This document shows positions 22,478-36,415 of a DNA stretch of 64,000 nt, one piece after another. This DNA comes from Vitrella brassicaformis CCMP3155. Taxonomy: Eukaryota; Protista; Chromerida. Position 1 is the stretch's first letter. Each line of letters begins with the position of its first letter. The stretch covers positions 1 to 64,000 of the forward strand of contig CDMY01000274.1 in the NCBI GenBank assembly GCA_001179505.1, given 5' to 3'. The notes beneath the pieces were generated by a model that saw only the letters and a list, made by a program, of their open reading frames with translations, had not been told where the DNA came from and made no database searches. Both the position numbers and the translations under genes were made by a program.

Positions 22478-24291
22478 CTATCCGAGCACTGCCCGCTCCA
22501 GCCCATATTTGGTCAGCAGAGGTCGGGCGGCCGCCACAGCAACTGGGAAGCGCTCGATGCGCGTGTTGCCCTCAATCGGCGCCTCGGTCGTGTAGAGATA
22601 GATGAGGCCATAGGTCAGCAGCAGGTAGGCCACCATGGTGTCGGTTGCCTTGGTGCCCTTGAGGATGACGAGTCGCTCGCGGCCGTCATCTCCCTGGCCT
22701 GGCTGCCAATCCATGTAGTCGATGGTCTTGTGGCCGTCGATGGGCTCCCTCAGCAGAGACAGATAGCGAGTGGTGTCAAGGCCGGCATAAGCATACAGCA
22801 CCCGCCTCCTCTCCATCCCCTCTTGACGACACCAGTACCTCAGGACCATCCACTTGACGAATGCCGTGAAGGATCGAAAGAGCCAGCCCAAGCAGCGGAC
22901 GGGCGGGTCGGCGGCATCGTAAATGGAGCAGTAGGGATGGGTGGGGGGCAGATCGGTGAGGGGGACCGTCGTGAATTTGGTAGATCGGATCCTGTAACGC
23001 TGTTCCGTCACACCACCATCGCCCTGCTGTCCCCCCTGATCGCTGCCCGCTGTGCCCTCTCCGGCACTCGCGTCGCCGCCCCCACCGCCATCCTCATTCA
23101 TCTCATCGCCATTGTCGCTGTCTCGGTCACTGCTGCCCTCATCCTCATCACTCTCCTGATCGCTGTCGTGATCTCCGTCCACCTGCCGCAGCTCTAAGCT
23201 GGTCCCTTGGTAGCTGAGCATGTGGCCGAATGTGCTGTAGATGGCTAATGCGGCCGGCATCTGATGAAAGTCGCTCTTGCTGGCCATCATGGTGGCCATC
23301 CAGTCAGCCGACAGCCGCAGGGGCAGTGCCTTGATGAGCTTGTAGATGGCCGCCACACAAATGAAGTCCGCCATCTCCTGCCACACGTGACCTCCCTGCT
23401 CGACCACATAGGCGCATTTGCTGTAGTACTGGAATGACGGCCGATAGATGTCGATGAGGCCGCTGAGGTGGTTGCTGCCGAGCGAGCCGCCGATGCGCTT
23501 GAGCATGAAGGCCTCGTTGATGAGTTGTGTGCCGTAGTGCGTGTTGGCTGCCCGCGCCGGGCTAATGGCCACGTCGACAGGGAGGTAGCCCACCACACCG
23601 TCACAGAACACATCGGGCGGCAGCCGGTTGGCCGTCACGTCAACGGCATTGTCTGGTTGGTAGGGGGGAGGGGGCGGGGCGGCAGAGATGTGGTGGGCCA
23701 TAGTCTGAATGGCAGCCGAGAGGGTCGACACGCTCGACTTGACAGATGACCACTCATGGGCAATGACGGACGCCTGAAGCCATCACACAGAGGATAAGGC
23801 GGGATGTGTTGAGCCGCCCCTCTCACTGTGTCTGTGTGACTCACCTGGTCGTTGGTAATGGACGGCATTATCAACGGGTCGGCGGCCGACTGCTGAAGGA
23901 GTGAGTGAATGGCCGCAAGCCGACCACACACATCGCCCGACCCGACACACACAGGGGGCGACGCCTGCACACACACGACGAACAGCGGCACACTCAGTGA
24001 CACTCAGCCATTGACGCAGTGGCGTGTGGTGCCACACTGCCTGCCTCACCGATGCTGCCTGACTGTGCCCCTCCTGCTGCTGGTGGTGGTGGTGGTGAGC
24101 GGCTGTCCCATTCATCGCACCGACGCCTGTGCACCAAACACACACACATGATCGTCCGTTGTCTGTCTGTCTGTCTGTCTGTCTGTCAGCCGTGTGTGTG
24201 TGTGTGAGATCTCACCAGCATCCCCAGCGGCACGGCCGTCGACACGGTGGCGCTTCGCGTCACCTCCACCACAGTCAGCAGACGAAGACAT
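22478..24291 (-). CDS. Lineage-expanded family protein with F-box-like motif, copy 1 (spliced N-terminus, acidic insert)
   Basis: ORF 22478-23731: LPPDVFCDGVVGYLPVDVA..RIGGSLGSNHLSGLID..YVVEQGGHVWQEMADFICVAAIYKL..YTTEAPIEGNTRIERFPVAVAAARPLLTKYGLERAVLG. It is homologous to three other loci in the window. The upstream small exons starting MSSSADCG (24291) are tentative. Confidence 0.7.
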
Positions 24292-24724
24292 GTCTGCTGC
24301 GCACAGGCCTGTGACACATATAAAAATGGGCAGCTGATGATTGCACGACAGTGATGGTCCTCCCATCTTGCGCACATGCGTCATTGCCGCCTCACCTCCT
24401 TGCGATACGATGCAAATCCGACGCGAAGCAGCTGCAGGCACAGAGCTCGACACTCTGAGGAAGACGCGCACGACACTCATCCAGCACACTCCCAGACTGA
24501 AAGGGCGCCTTTTGCAGCGCGCCTTGTCTTAATGCTCACCTCTTGGTTCGGTCAGCCGAGGCTCTCGCAAAATCACTCGGCTTTCTTCATCGCTGATTTG
24601 CAGATGGCATCCCGCAGCCTGCCATGCCTCATCCAGAGTGCGGGAACCCTTCTTCTTTTCTCCTCCTTGTTGCGAGCTCAAGCTCGCAACGGGAGAATCT
24701 CGGCCGGGAAGCTGGCCCCCGGCC

Positions 24725-25024
24725 NNNNNNNNNNNNNNNNNNNNNNNNNNNNNNNNNNNNNNNNNNNNNNNNNNNNNNNNNNNNNNNNNNNNNNNNNNNN
24801 NNNNNNNNNNNNNNNNNNNNNNNNNNNNNNNNNNNNNNNNNNNNNNNNNNNNNNNNNNNNNNNNNNNNNNNNNNNNNNNNNNNNNNNNNNNNNNNNNNNN
24901 NNNNNNNNNNNNNNNNNNNNNNNNNNNNNNNNNNNNNNNNNNNNNNNNNNNNNNNNNNNNNNNNNNNNNNNNNNNNNNNNNNNNNNNNNNNNNNNNNNNN
25001 NNNNNNNNNNNNNNNNNNNNNNNN
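24725..25024. other. Assembly gap (300 N)
   Basis: N run. Confidence 0.99.
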
Positions 25025-25257
25025 CCCCCCTGTTTCGTTCCCCTTTTCTTTCTCGACCTGTCGTTAAACTTTTCATTGGGGTGTGTTAACGTTTGTCACC
25101 CCCTGGCCCCTCGCACGGCAAAACCGCTGCGAGGTTTCTGCAAACGAAGCGAGGGCGTGCGAAGCCTGAGAGGCCTTGCTGCTGGAGCCCCTCCAGGTTC
25201 TGAGCGCCTGTCTTTGACTTCCGGCCCCCTTGAGCCACAGCTCTCTCTTTTGAACTG

Positions 25258-28200
25258 ATGGGGGTTCCCTGGCTCTTTGTCATCTCCCTTTTCTGCCTCA
25301 CTGCCGGCGTTCCAGCCTGCCCCGCCCTCGATGCATGGCCACCGCTGGCCGAAAAGTCCCTCTCTGTGGTGGGTCCCCCCCGGAGCACCGAGAAAGCGCT
25401 ACAGTGTGTGTTTCTGTGTCTGTGCGTCTTTGCGCAGGGATCCTACAACTTCAAGAGCGTTACGTCGGAGTCTTCTCTGGCGTGGGTCGCCAATGGCGTC
25501 ACTTCATCCATCAGTATCAACAATGGGGATGCCACGATTGCGATGGGGCAGGAGCAGGCCGCATATTTCGACATGGACTTTGATGAGGCAGGTAAGTGCC
25601 GCTCTCGTCCTCAGATACCCATACAGCAACACGATGTGCGCTTTCTCTGTGTGCAGGGCTGCCTCTTGACGCCATCGGAGCCCTTGACGTCAACGTGACA
25701 TTGTCACAGGTGAATTTGCCAAGTGTGCCAGCAAACCCGAGTTTCTTCGGCGACATCAAGCCCAACGGATTCGAGCTGATTAAAATCCAGGTTTGACTGA
25801 GGCACATTCACGCCAGCGGGCTGCGTCATCACTTTTGCTGTCCTGGTCTTTGGTCTTTGCCACAAAGGGCCCCAACAATGCTCGTGTCGGCTCGCTGGTC
25901 GTCTTCCGCGAACAGGGCGTCTTGAAGGGAGTAATCACCTACACCGACGGCAACGACAATTACATCCAATTGACAGATGAGACATTCCCTCTGGCTGACG
26001 ACGGCAAGGAGCACGAATACATCCTCGGCGCGCCAACCATCAGCAACAGCGACGGGACCGGCCGCATCTTCTTGTGCGAAGATGGCGTCACCCTCATAGA
26101 GAAGAACAATCTCAACATTGTCACCACCGTCGTCACTGTGATTCGAGTCGGCTATTCCCTGTGGGGTCAGCACACGAGCGGCAGCCTCATCCTTCATCAC
26201 CTGAAGTACCTCGTCCCTCAGCTGCCAGACCTTTACGTCACCGCACAGACAGGAGACGACGCAAACGATGGAACCACACCTGCCAGCCCTCTCGCGACAG
26301 CGGTCCGAGCTGCAGAGATGGCACGAGCCGGAACCACAGTCCACCTTGCAGAAGGTACTTATCGTGGCCCTCTGAAGCTGAGGGGAAACGGCCGCCCGTG
26401 GAAGGGGATAAAAGTCGTCGGGGAGAACAACAAAACGGCAATCGTCGGCTCTCTGCGAGCTGACTCGCTGCAATGGAGCGTCCATGAGGGTAACATATAC
26501 AAGGCGGACGTCAGCGGAGTGTACGGCTCTTGGAAACTGACGAAATCGCCGCGGATAGTGTGCGAGGTCGACAGTGCAATACCCGGTGTGTGTCGGCAGC
26601 GTTACTATATTGCTCGCGCCCCCAACTACTACGAGCCGGGCCCTCCATATGAATATAAGCACATCCAATATTGGTGGGGCGGCACACAGCCTGGAGGCTT
26701 GGGTTGCGTTATCATTCCTTTGATGTCGGCAGGTATATGGCCGACGGAGGGGCTGGCGTGCCTTCCTGTACCCCGGCGCCACCTGGCCGGAACAGGTGGT
26801 GCGACGAAGGTGAGAGTGAGAGTAGGGCGATTATCTACATATTCCATCGATCCATGTTTCTTGACGTGTCCATCCTTGTCTTTGTCATTCAGACTTGTGG
26901 TCGTATACGGAGCTTACCGACGTTGGCCACTTTCCTGATGACGGCGAAGGCCAGTTTTCCATCCCACCTCCCGGCATCCAACCGGCAGCGAACTTGAAGA
27001 CACTCCCGCATCTGAAGGGCGCCAAAATTTTCATCAACGACGGGAGGTCTGGGTTTTGGACGAAGCGCTTCGAAGTGGCCACACACAATCGGCAGGCTGG
27101 CAAACTCACCATCAACGAGAATTTCTTGTGCCGCGACCCTGCACTCATCTGCATCCGAGCCTACGCCCAGTACTTCGTCTATGACAAGTTGAACCTTCTG
27201 GACAGTCCTGGGGAGTATTGGTTTGACGAAGCCAACCAGAGGCTCTACATGTGGAAGAACGACGGAGTGGACTGGTCTGAGATCGAGATAATGGGCGACG
27301 TGGACTCAAGCGATGAGGCGACAGGCATCGACCTCTCGGGAAAGTCGTTTGTCACTATTGATGGCGTTCGTGTCGCTTTCTTCCGGAGAGGCGTCATCGA
27401 GTCTGGCAAGGTAGGATGCACATGCCATGTACGCACTTGCGACTGATTCATTCATCTATCAATATCCACCTTTCTTCTCTTCAGGAAGGTGACCCCCTCT
27501 CACAGCATGTGACGCTGACAAACTGCCACTTTCATGCCATTTCCGAGGATGGCATCCGCCTTTTCCGCACTCTCGACAGCAATGTTCCAGGGCGAAAAAC
27601 ACAGTTGTGGACCATCACCAACAACGTGTTCTCCGAAATAGACGAATTTGCTATTTGGTCCAGTCCAAACTTCTTGCAAACAGACGGAAGGTCAGTCAAT
27701 CCTCTTGGCGCTGCACGGCGTGCAAGCGGAAAAACAACTGTGTCTTCTTTTCACTGATGTGCGTGCTTGCATGCTGATGCAGCTCGGAACAAGGGCGAGA
27801 CCCAACCACTGCTGATGTCAGTATACGAGACTTCTACGTGGCCCACAACTACTTCACCCGCATCAGCTTCCACTACAAGAACCCAGTCACTCAAAGGATG
27901 TTCGGTCCCGCAGCCGTCTCATTCATGGCTGCGACGAATATCACGTTCGTGCACAACGTGATAGAATACGTTGGTATGGTGCAAGACATGCACACAATGT
28001 GACAAAGCTCATGCTTGTTGTGCCGTGTCTTGTTCTTCTGCGTGCAGGCGGCTATGCGCTTTCGATGCGCTACGTAAAACATGGATCGGACGGAACCCCG
28101 TACGCTGCTGCCGATGATGTCAGATACGGTGACAATCTGGCCGCCTGGAACGAAATGCGCATGGCTTCGCTGGTCAAGGCCGACAGTGGGATAATAGCGG

Positions 28201-31200
28201 TCTCTGGGGCAAAACCTTTCAACACGCTCTTCTATGAGGTCAGCTGAGACACAGTGACGATTCGCCTGATGCCTTTGATTTTTACTCATGGTTCCAATGG
28301 ATTGCCTTCAGAACCACATGGACAATACATTTGCTTGGACAGGGACGGGCAGCAGGAAAGACAGCCCGATGGGTACGTAAGCCGTCCGGTGCGCCTTTGC
28401 ACATGAATCCGTGCATTTACTGTGATATGCATATGTGCAGGTGCGGGAAGTGGCATGTATCAAGAGTGGATCGCCGGGGTCAGCCTCATATGTCACGAAA
28501 AGGAATGGGGCTGGCTCATCCTGGGCTGTCCATGATTGCAGGGCGTATACTTTCGTAACGTGGTGTGGAACGTTGTGGTAAGTGAGGAAGCCATGGCTGC
28601 AACTCATCCATAATTACGTGCCTTTGTGTCAACAGGAAAAGGCCTTCACCTACCATTGCAGTGAAGAGATGGAATGCCATGTCATCTTTCTGAACAACAT
28701 GCTTGCCCGGTAAGGGCATGTCGGACTGAGACACGCTCTCAAATTACGACTTCGGTATGAATTCTGTGCTGCAGAGCCAGAAGGTGTGTGAAACAAGACG
28801 AGCGTCAGCAGAGCACTCCAGCAAAATCATTCACATTGCACAACAACCTTTTCGTCTCCTGCTCGGAAGCCACGGATTTCGACCGCCCAGACGGCGCTCC
28901 TTTCCCCAGAGAGTGGTTCGATGTCGACTACAACATGTACTACGATATCAAGTATGAGGACGGCTCTCCCGGATTGGTGCTGCATCTGGAACACGGCCCC
29001 AATTCTGATAGACAGGAATTCACATACAGCACCCTGTCAGACCTGTCGGCTGCATCAAGCGGAACCTGGCTCGAGGAGTGGGAGGCACATGGATCCGACA
29101 CGGCCTATATCGGGCACCTTTACAGACAACAGAACCTGCCACCACATACTAACAACGTCAACACTGCTCCATACCTGTCTTACGACAAAAAGTGGTTCAA
29201 ACCTCAACCTGCCCAGGTGCGAGACAAAGAAGGCTCTCTCTACATTTGCACTTCCCTTTTCCTTGACTGTCAATGCTTCAGAAAAGTGCGAGTAACCCCT
29301 CGTTCCCCGCCGAGCTGGAGCGTCTTCTGCGTCGCTATGACATTTGTGTGCCCATGGCGGAGGACGAAACGACGCTCACGGCCGGACCGTACTCGTCAGG
29401 CGAGGACAAATGCTTCAAGGGCATCGGAAAGCTGGGTGGTGCCCCTAACCTTGGAGAGAGCGCGTTCTGCCCGATCATAGCGAGCAAATGGCCAGCCTCC
29501 GGACAAACGATCATGTTTGGCGAGTACTCTTTCGATGATGACCCTACGACTTGGAAACTTCGCGGTGCCACGTCCAAGATCGATGTCGACAGTGGGAGGG
29601 CCGATATAAGACTCGTCGCGGGACAGCAGGCGTACATGGATCTCGACTTCACCAACACGGCCGACATGAGCTATGCAGCCGTGGTCCTCACCGTCAGATG
29701 GTCCAAGATGCAACTGACCCCCGTGGCCGGCACAAATTTCTTCAATGACATTAAGCCGAGGGGATTCGAGCTCGTGCAATGGAATGAGGCCTCATCGATT
29801 TCCTTCACGAAGGCTCTCGCATTCGTCGTGTACCGCGACCAGTCGGGTGCTCTTCGTGGCCTGATTGGTTACAACAAGCCCGGAGGCTTTGAGGCGCTGG
29901 TTGACGACAGTTTCCTGCTACCGGACAATGACCAATCTCACACGTATGCCATTGGCTACGCGCTGCCGACGGGAGACATCTTTGTATGCGAAGACGGTGT
30001 CACTGTTTTCTCTAAGACCGGACTCAATATCTGGCCCTCGACGGTGAGACGTCTCCGAGTGGGTTATGTGTGGGGGGCAGACGAGACCATCGGCGGCAAG
30101 GTCATCCTCGACTCGGTTGGCCTGATGTTGCCTGCAACGTCCCCACTGCCATACCCCTGTCCCTTCCTCGCCAGCATATGGACTTCCGACCAAACGACCA
30201 CCTTTGGCCAGTATACCTTTGATGACGAGCCCACGACTTGGGTATTCGGCGGCACTACGGCCAACATCGTCCGGACGAACGGCAGGGCCGAGATCAGCCT
30301 CGTTGCGGGTGACGAGGCGTACATGGATCTCGACTTCGCCAACACGGCCGACATGAGCTATGCCGCTGTGGTTCTCACCGTCAAATGGTCTGAGATGCAG
30401 CTGACCCCCGTGGCCGGCACAAATTTCCATGGCGACTTCAAACCAAGCGCCTTCGAGCTCATGCGCATGGATGACGCCGGATCGACTTACGATAGAGTGG
30501 CGGGCTTGCTCGTGTATCGCGACCAATCGGGCGCTCTCCGTGGCCTCATTGGGTTCCAATCAGATGTCTACAAGCCGCTGCTTGACGACACTTTCCCGCT
30601 CAAAGATGACTCCGAGCCTCACACTTACGTGATAGGCTACGCGCTGCCAACGGGAAGCATCTTTGTCTACGAGGATGGCAACATGGTCTTTGAAAGGAGA
30701 GGGCTCCTCATCTGGCCAACGACCGTGCGACGCGTGCGGGTAGGGCACGCCACCTGGGCAGACCAGTCCATCGGCGGCAAGCTCGTCCTCGAGTCGATTG
30801 GCCTGATGGTTCCTGCAACGTCCCCACTGCCATACCCCTGTCCGTCTCTGGGCAGCAAGTGGCCATTGTCCGGGCAGAAGACCATTTTCGGCCAGTATAC
30901 CTTCGGTGAGGAGCCCACGATGTGGACATTCGGCGGCACTGCCGCCAACATTGTTCAGACGAACGGCAGGGCCGAGATCACTCTCGCTGCGGCAGACGAG
31001 GCATACACGCAACTCGACTTCGCCAACACGGCCGACATGAGCTATGCAGCCGTCGCTCTCACCGTCAGATGGTCGGAAATGCAGCTCACCCCCGCGGCCG
31101 GCACCAATTTCTGGAACCACATCAAGGAAAGGGGCTTCGAGCTTGTGCAATTGAATGCAGCGTCACCGGGCTTTCCCAAGGTCGTCTCGTTCGTTGTCTA

Positions 31201-32263
31201 CCGTAACCAGTCGGGCGCTCTCCGTGGCCTGATTGGCTATAACAACGTCGATGGCTTTGATGCACTAACTTCCGACACGTTTCTGCTCGAGGATGACGTC
31301 CGCCCCCACACTTACGTAGTCGGGTATTCGTTGCCAACGGGAGACATCTTTGTCTACGAAGATGGCAACATGGTCCTCGACAAGACGGGGCTCGCCATTT
31401 CGCCTTCGACGGTGAGGCGCATACGAGTCGGACATCCACAATGGGGAGATGAGGTCATCGGCGGCAAGCTCGTCCTCGAGTCCGTGGGCCTGTTGCTGCC
31501 TGCATCGTCCCCTCCGCCCCTCCCATGTCCGTGTTTCCGGACCAAGTGGCCATCATTCAACGAAATGAGCAACTTCGGCCAGTACACCTTCGACGAGGAT
31601 CCCACGACGTGGACATTCGGCGGCACCCTGGACCACATCGTCCGGACGAACAGCAGAGCAGAGATCACTCTCGCTGCGGCAGACGAGGCCTTCATGCAGT
31701 TCGACTTCGCCGATATGGCAGACACGAGCTATGGGGCCATTGTTTTCACCGTCAGATGGTCGGAAATGCAGCTCACTCCCGTGGTCGGCACGAATTTCCA
31801 CACTGACATCAAGCCGAGGGGCTTCGAGTTTGTGCGCATGTTCGAGCTTGGGTCAACCTTCGCAAGGACCCTTTCATTCACCGTGTATCGCGACCAGTCG
31901 GGCACTCTCCGCGGCATCATCGGCTTCACTGAGGGCGACCCGATGGGACCCTTCGAGTCCAGTACCTACAAAGCGCTGGACGGTGATTCCTTCCCCCTCA
32001 TTGACGACTCCAAGCCCCACACGTATGCCCTTGGCTACGCGCTGTCCACGGGAGACATCTTCGTGTGCGAGGATGGCGCCACAATCTTCGACAAGACCGG
32101 GCTGACCATCTGGCCATCGTCGGTCAAGCGCGTGAAGCTGGGCCACGTGACCTGGGCAGACGAGGCCGTTGGGGGCAAAGTGCTGGTCGAGTCGGTGGGC
32201 TTCTTCGTCCCGCAGTCTGCACAGTGCGCCGATGGTACATGTGCTGACCCTTCCCGCATCTAG
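25258..32263 (+). CDS. Secreted right-handed beta-helix (DUF1565/pectate-lyase-like, GH141-like motifs) protein with one N-terminal and four C-terminal copies of a ~228-aa beta-rich module; multi-exon
   Basis: Signal peptide MGVPWLFVISLFCLTAG. Beta-helix-family motifs: LYVTAQTGDDANDGTTPASPLATAVRAAEMARAGTTVHLAEGTY, YYIARAPN, YFVYDKLNLLDSPGEYWFDEANQRLYMW, and repeats VTLTNCHF/WTITNNVF/ITFVHNVI. Intron 29217-29280 joins KWFKPQPAQ|KSASN in frame to the ~3 kb last exon. Confidence 0.75.
29460..32215 (+). repeat. Four tandem coding repeats, period ~685 bp (~228 aa)
   Basis: Units start at about 29460, 30155, 30838 and 31526. Each reads CP..(S)KWP....FGQYTFD.(D/E)PTTW.FGG..GRAEI.L.A.DEAY..LDF.NTADMSYAAV.LTVRWSEMQLTPVAGTNF..DIKP.GFE..VYRDQSGALRG.IG..HTY..GYALPTGDIFV.EDG..GGK..LESVGL. 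Confidence 0.95.
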
Positions 32264-33155
32264 TCTCATAGTAGTCTGTTCCTGCGCCAAGTAGTCGCAT
32301 TTTACTGTTGTAGCTGTACTCCTCTGCTTCCTTCTCCGCGTAGCTCTGGCTGGTTACTTAAAGGTAGATATTGTTTGCTCTTCTTTCCATCGGTAGCCCG
32401 CGAACGCGCAAACCCGTCGTGGGCATGCCCGGATGCCGTCGCTTTTCGTGTTGCTGAATAGGCTTAATGACGTGCCTCATAATGCTCCCTGGGGGCGACG
32501 GTGGGTGTGTCAGGCGGTGCGGCGCACTCATTTGAACGTGCCTGGCCATCTTAGTTTCAGACTGTGTGTTCGTTCTTTCCACGATGTTGAGTGGGTCAGA
32601 CAATTCGCCGTTGCTCAGAGAGACACGACGCCTTTCCACTCCCTTGATGGCCGAGATCAGTTGGTCGAATGAGTGGCGTTGGTCCCTGATTGATTCCTAG
32701 CTGCCTCAATGCGTCCACGACCCTCCCTCCCTCCCTCACCGCCAAACACTCATCGCCCACAATCAAAATACTATCCCTTTGTCTCCCACTCCCCTCCCCT
32801 CCCCTCCCCTCTCGAGTCCAGTGATTGTGCGTGGTGACTTCAATTGGCAGGCCGATAGTAAGTGTCTTCGCAAAAGGCAGGCAGACAAACGGGAAAAGGT
32901 GGACGGACGGACACACAGAGGGAGGGAGGGAGGGAGGGAGGGAGGGGGGGGGGGCAAGTCCAGTGAGTAGGAGGCGTGTGCGTTGTCGGCTCACTTTGGC
33001 ATGGCCGACACACGCGCAAACAGAGACCCATCATTGGACGGCCGCAGAAAGAATCAACCAATCAACCTAGAAAAAGAAAAGGCAGCCAGTCAGTCGGGCC
33101 CCCTAGAGAGAGAATGGTGGCTTATCGATTACTCTTTCTGATCGCGCGTGTCTGC

Positions 33156-34040
33156 TCAGCGGCAGCACTGGATCATGCCTGCACACAACACAACACAACA
33201 CAACACAACACCACACCACCACACACAAGAGAGAGAGAGACAGAACAGATGACCACAGGCGAGACACGGCTGTCTGTGCGTGTTTCCGTGTGTGTGGGTA
33301 GGTTTGCTGACTGCCTTACCGGGTGCGGCCTGGATGGCTTCAGGGAACGGCATACCCCCGGCGGGCAGGTGGATGTGCCGGCCATGTGGCTGGATGGGCG
33401 GCTGGACGGGCGGCGACGGCTCGAGGACAGGAACAGAATGCTGGACGGGCGGCGACGGCTCGAGGACAGGAACAGAATGCGTCATCTGCATGAGACACGC
33501 ACGCACACACGAGAGACATGACGCGGCCCCATCCACGCGACGCGCATGTGTGTCTGTCGGTGCTTACGGTCATGACGGGAGGAGGAGGTGTCATCGCAGG
33601 CCCCTTGTAGCCGCACTGCTCAGGCGTCAGCTTGTGCGCGCGCATCTGGCACGTTAACACACACACAGAAACATACACAGAGCCGTGTATCGCCGTGTAT
33701 GTATCTTCGTCCGTCCGTGTGTGTGTGTGTGTGTCTCATGGATAGACTACGATTTCGAGCTGCTCCTGTGTGGGGATCCATCCGGCGGGTGGTCCGTCCA
33801 GTATGGTCTCGATGAGCTCCCCGACCTTCTCAGGCGGGCCGCACCACGTCTGCCCGTCGCGCATCATGTGAGGGGGCGGCAGCACACCCGGATAGATGAT
33901 CGCCCCCTCGGGGTATTGCGGGCCAGTCGTCTCAACACGAGCCTCAATGGTCGTCGGAGCTGAACCACACACATACAGACGCGGACGGACAGACAGGTGG
34001 CCGTGTGGGCGCGGTCTCTGAGTGTGTCTGGTCAGGCTCG

Positions 34041-34071
<31 letters not shown>

Positions 34072-35139
34072 CTGAGGCCGACCCTCTCCAGGCGGCAGTG
34101 GGATGGGTTCGCTCAGCATCTTGAACTGGTTGAGGTCCACACCACGGGCGGCGAACAGCTCCACCAGCTGAGCGTGCGTGATGGGGAATCCTGCAGCAGA
34201 CACACAAATTGTGTGTGCGTGTGTGTGTGTCTGTTGTGCCGACCTACCTGGAGGGATGTCGATCGTGACGTTGCATTTGATGACCGGGACGACGACGAAG
34301 TTGGTGGGGCCCGGGGGCAGCATCTTGGTCGTGCGGTGGGGGAGCGTCTGCACACGCGCCACACGCCACACCCGACACATTCACATGAGACATTGAGACA
34401 GGGAGGGAGGGAGCGTTAGCTCCGCACATGTGTGTGTCTGTGTGTGTGTCTTTGCTGACAGACTGACCACGGGGTATTTGTTGTACTTATATTCGTAGAC
34501 GGGCACCTCATAGGGCCTCTCAATGTCCTTGTACCTGCACACACACATTGCACACCCATGACACCAGCACCGACAATCCTTCTCTCTGTGCATGTGTGTG
34601 TGAGGGTGTGTGCATCGAGCATTATTGCCTCACGTGATATAAGGCACCTCACGGTCGATCACCTCCTCGCTGCCCACGGCCAATACACGCACACACACAC
34701 ACACACACACGCACGCAGACAGACGAAGAGGGAGAGAGAACATTGCAGGGCCCGTGGGTGTGTGCGTGCATTTGTGTGTGTGATTGTTGACGTCCCCACC
34801 GCTCCACCACCACCTCCTTCCACACAGGAACCACAGGGCCGGGCACAGGCACATCGCGGAACTGCACGAGGGAGGGAGGGACACACAGAGAGAAACATGA
34901 CCATGGAAGGATGGATGGATCGACGGATGGATGGACGGATGGTGGACGAAGTGGCTGGCTGACCTGCTCCTGGACGATGTATTTGGGGACCTCCTTGACG
35001 ACTTGGACGGGCACGTCGACGTACTGGGGCACGGGCATCTTCTCCACGCGCTCGATGGTCTTAACCTCCACCTTGGGCACGTACTTGATCACCGGCACTC
35101 TGACCTGAGATGGAAACATATGGACGATGGACAAATCTG

Positions 35140-35174
<35 letters not shown>

Positions 35175-36334
35175 TGTGTGTGCATGTGTTGGTTACGTCA
35201 ACAGGCACTGCTCTGGGCACCTCTTTCACCACCTCCACCACATGAGGCACCTGCATGTGGACACGCATAAGGAGACGCATGTGTGTGTGGTGGGTGGGAG
35301 GAGGGCATGTTGACGTGTGTGGCGTGTTGGTGTACCTCGACGACTTTGTCCTTGTACTCGACGACGGGGACCTCCTGGACGCGCTCGACCGTCTTGACCA
35401 CCGTCTTGGGTACCACACGCTCCTGCACCAACAGCAGACACGCACAGAGAGAGAGAGAGAGAGGGAGGAAAGGCAGGAGAGACACGGATTAATGGGATTT
35501 GTCCGTCCCTGTCTCTTTCTCTGTGTGTGTGAGGCTGTGAGGCTTACGATGGTCTTGACTTCGACTTTGGGGACATACTTGTTCACCACCTGCACCTGTG
35601 GCACCTGCACCATACGAAGACACACACGAAGTCTGTCTCGATGTCGATGTGGGTATGTGATGTGTCTTTTCTGTTCTGGTTGGCCTGCCTACCTCGACGA
35701 CTCTGTCGACGTGCTGCACGACTGGCACCTCCACCTTGCGCTCGATCCACGAGTGGCTGAGCTCCGGGACGTACTTGACCACCTCATGCACCTCCTGCTT
35801 GGGGACGATCTTCTGCGTGTAAACAGGCACCTGACGCTCGGCCACAACGTCCTCGTAGTGCACGTCGCTGTAGACGGGCACCTCCACCTCAACCTGACGG
35901 ATGGATGGATGGACAACACACACAATGAAGGACACACAGCAGGCGCAGTCGATGCCCTCCCTCCTTGCTGCCCGGTCGGCCCCCGTTGGCATTCACTCAC
36001 TCACTCGTCGAGTCCCTGTCTGCACTTGGCCGGCGGGTGCGGTGGTGCGGCCGAGGCGGACCAGCTGAGAGTACGTCAGGTCGCCCTCACCACCTGCATG
36101 CGATAAACACAAGACATGACGACATAACACACATCCCCGCAGCCCCATTTCCCCCACCACCAGCCTTTCCCCCTGTGTGCGCCCCTTCCCCCGTTCCCCT
36201 CGCTCTCACTCACCTTGCTGCCCCTGCTGCCCCTGTCCAAGGGCGTCACGGACGCTTACGGGCTGTCCGGCTGAGGGGCTGGCCTGCGCGAAGGCCGCCG
36301 CCAGAGGGGAGCCGGAGGGGGCCGGGCTACTCAT
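33156..36334 (-). CDS. Alveolin/articulin-like (IMC-type) V/P/E/K-rich cytoskeletal protein; multi-exon; C-terminal QCCR
   Basis: Exons VEVEVPVYSDVHYEDVVAERQVPVYTQKIVPKQEVHEVVKYVPE.., VPQVQVVNKYVPKVEVKTI, VPHVVEVVKEVPRAVPVDV, VRVPVIKYVPKVEVKTIERVEKMPVPQYVDVPVQVVKEVPKY are typical of alveolins. Start is MSSPAPSG at 36334; the last exon reads MIQCCR*. Confidence 0.8.
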
Positions 36335-36415
36335 GATGAAATCGATGGGGTGGGGCGGAGATGTAATACGTTGACAGACGAAGAGGAGTAACACACGCGC
36401 AAAGGGGAGGGGCTG

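Noticed and set aside
29460-32215. Regular long repeats considered as a CRISPR array or satellite
   Set aside because: The units are ~685 bp, in frame and protein-coding, with no repeat-spacer structure.
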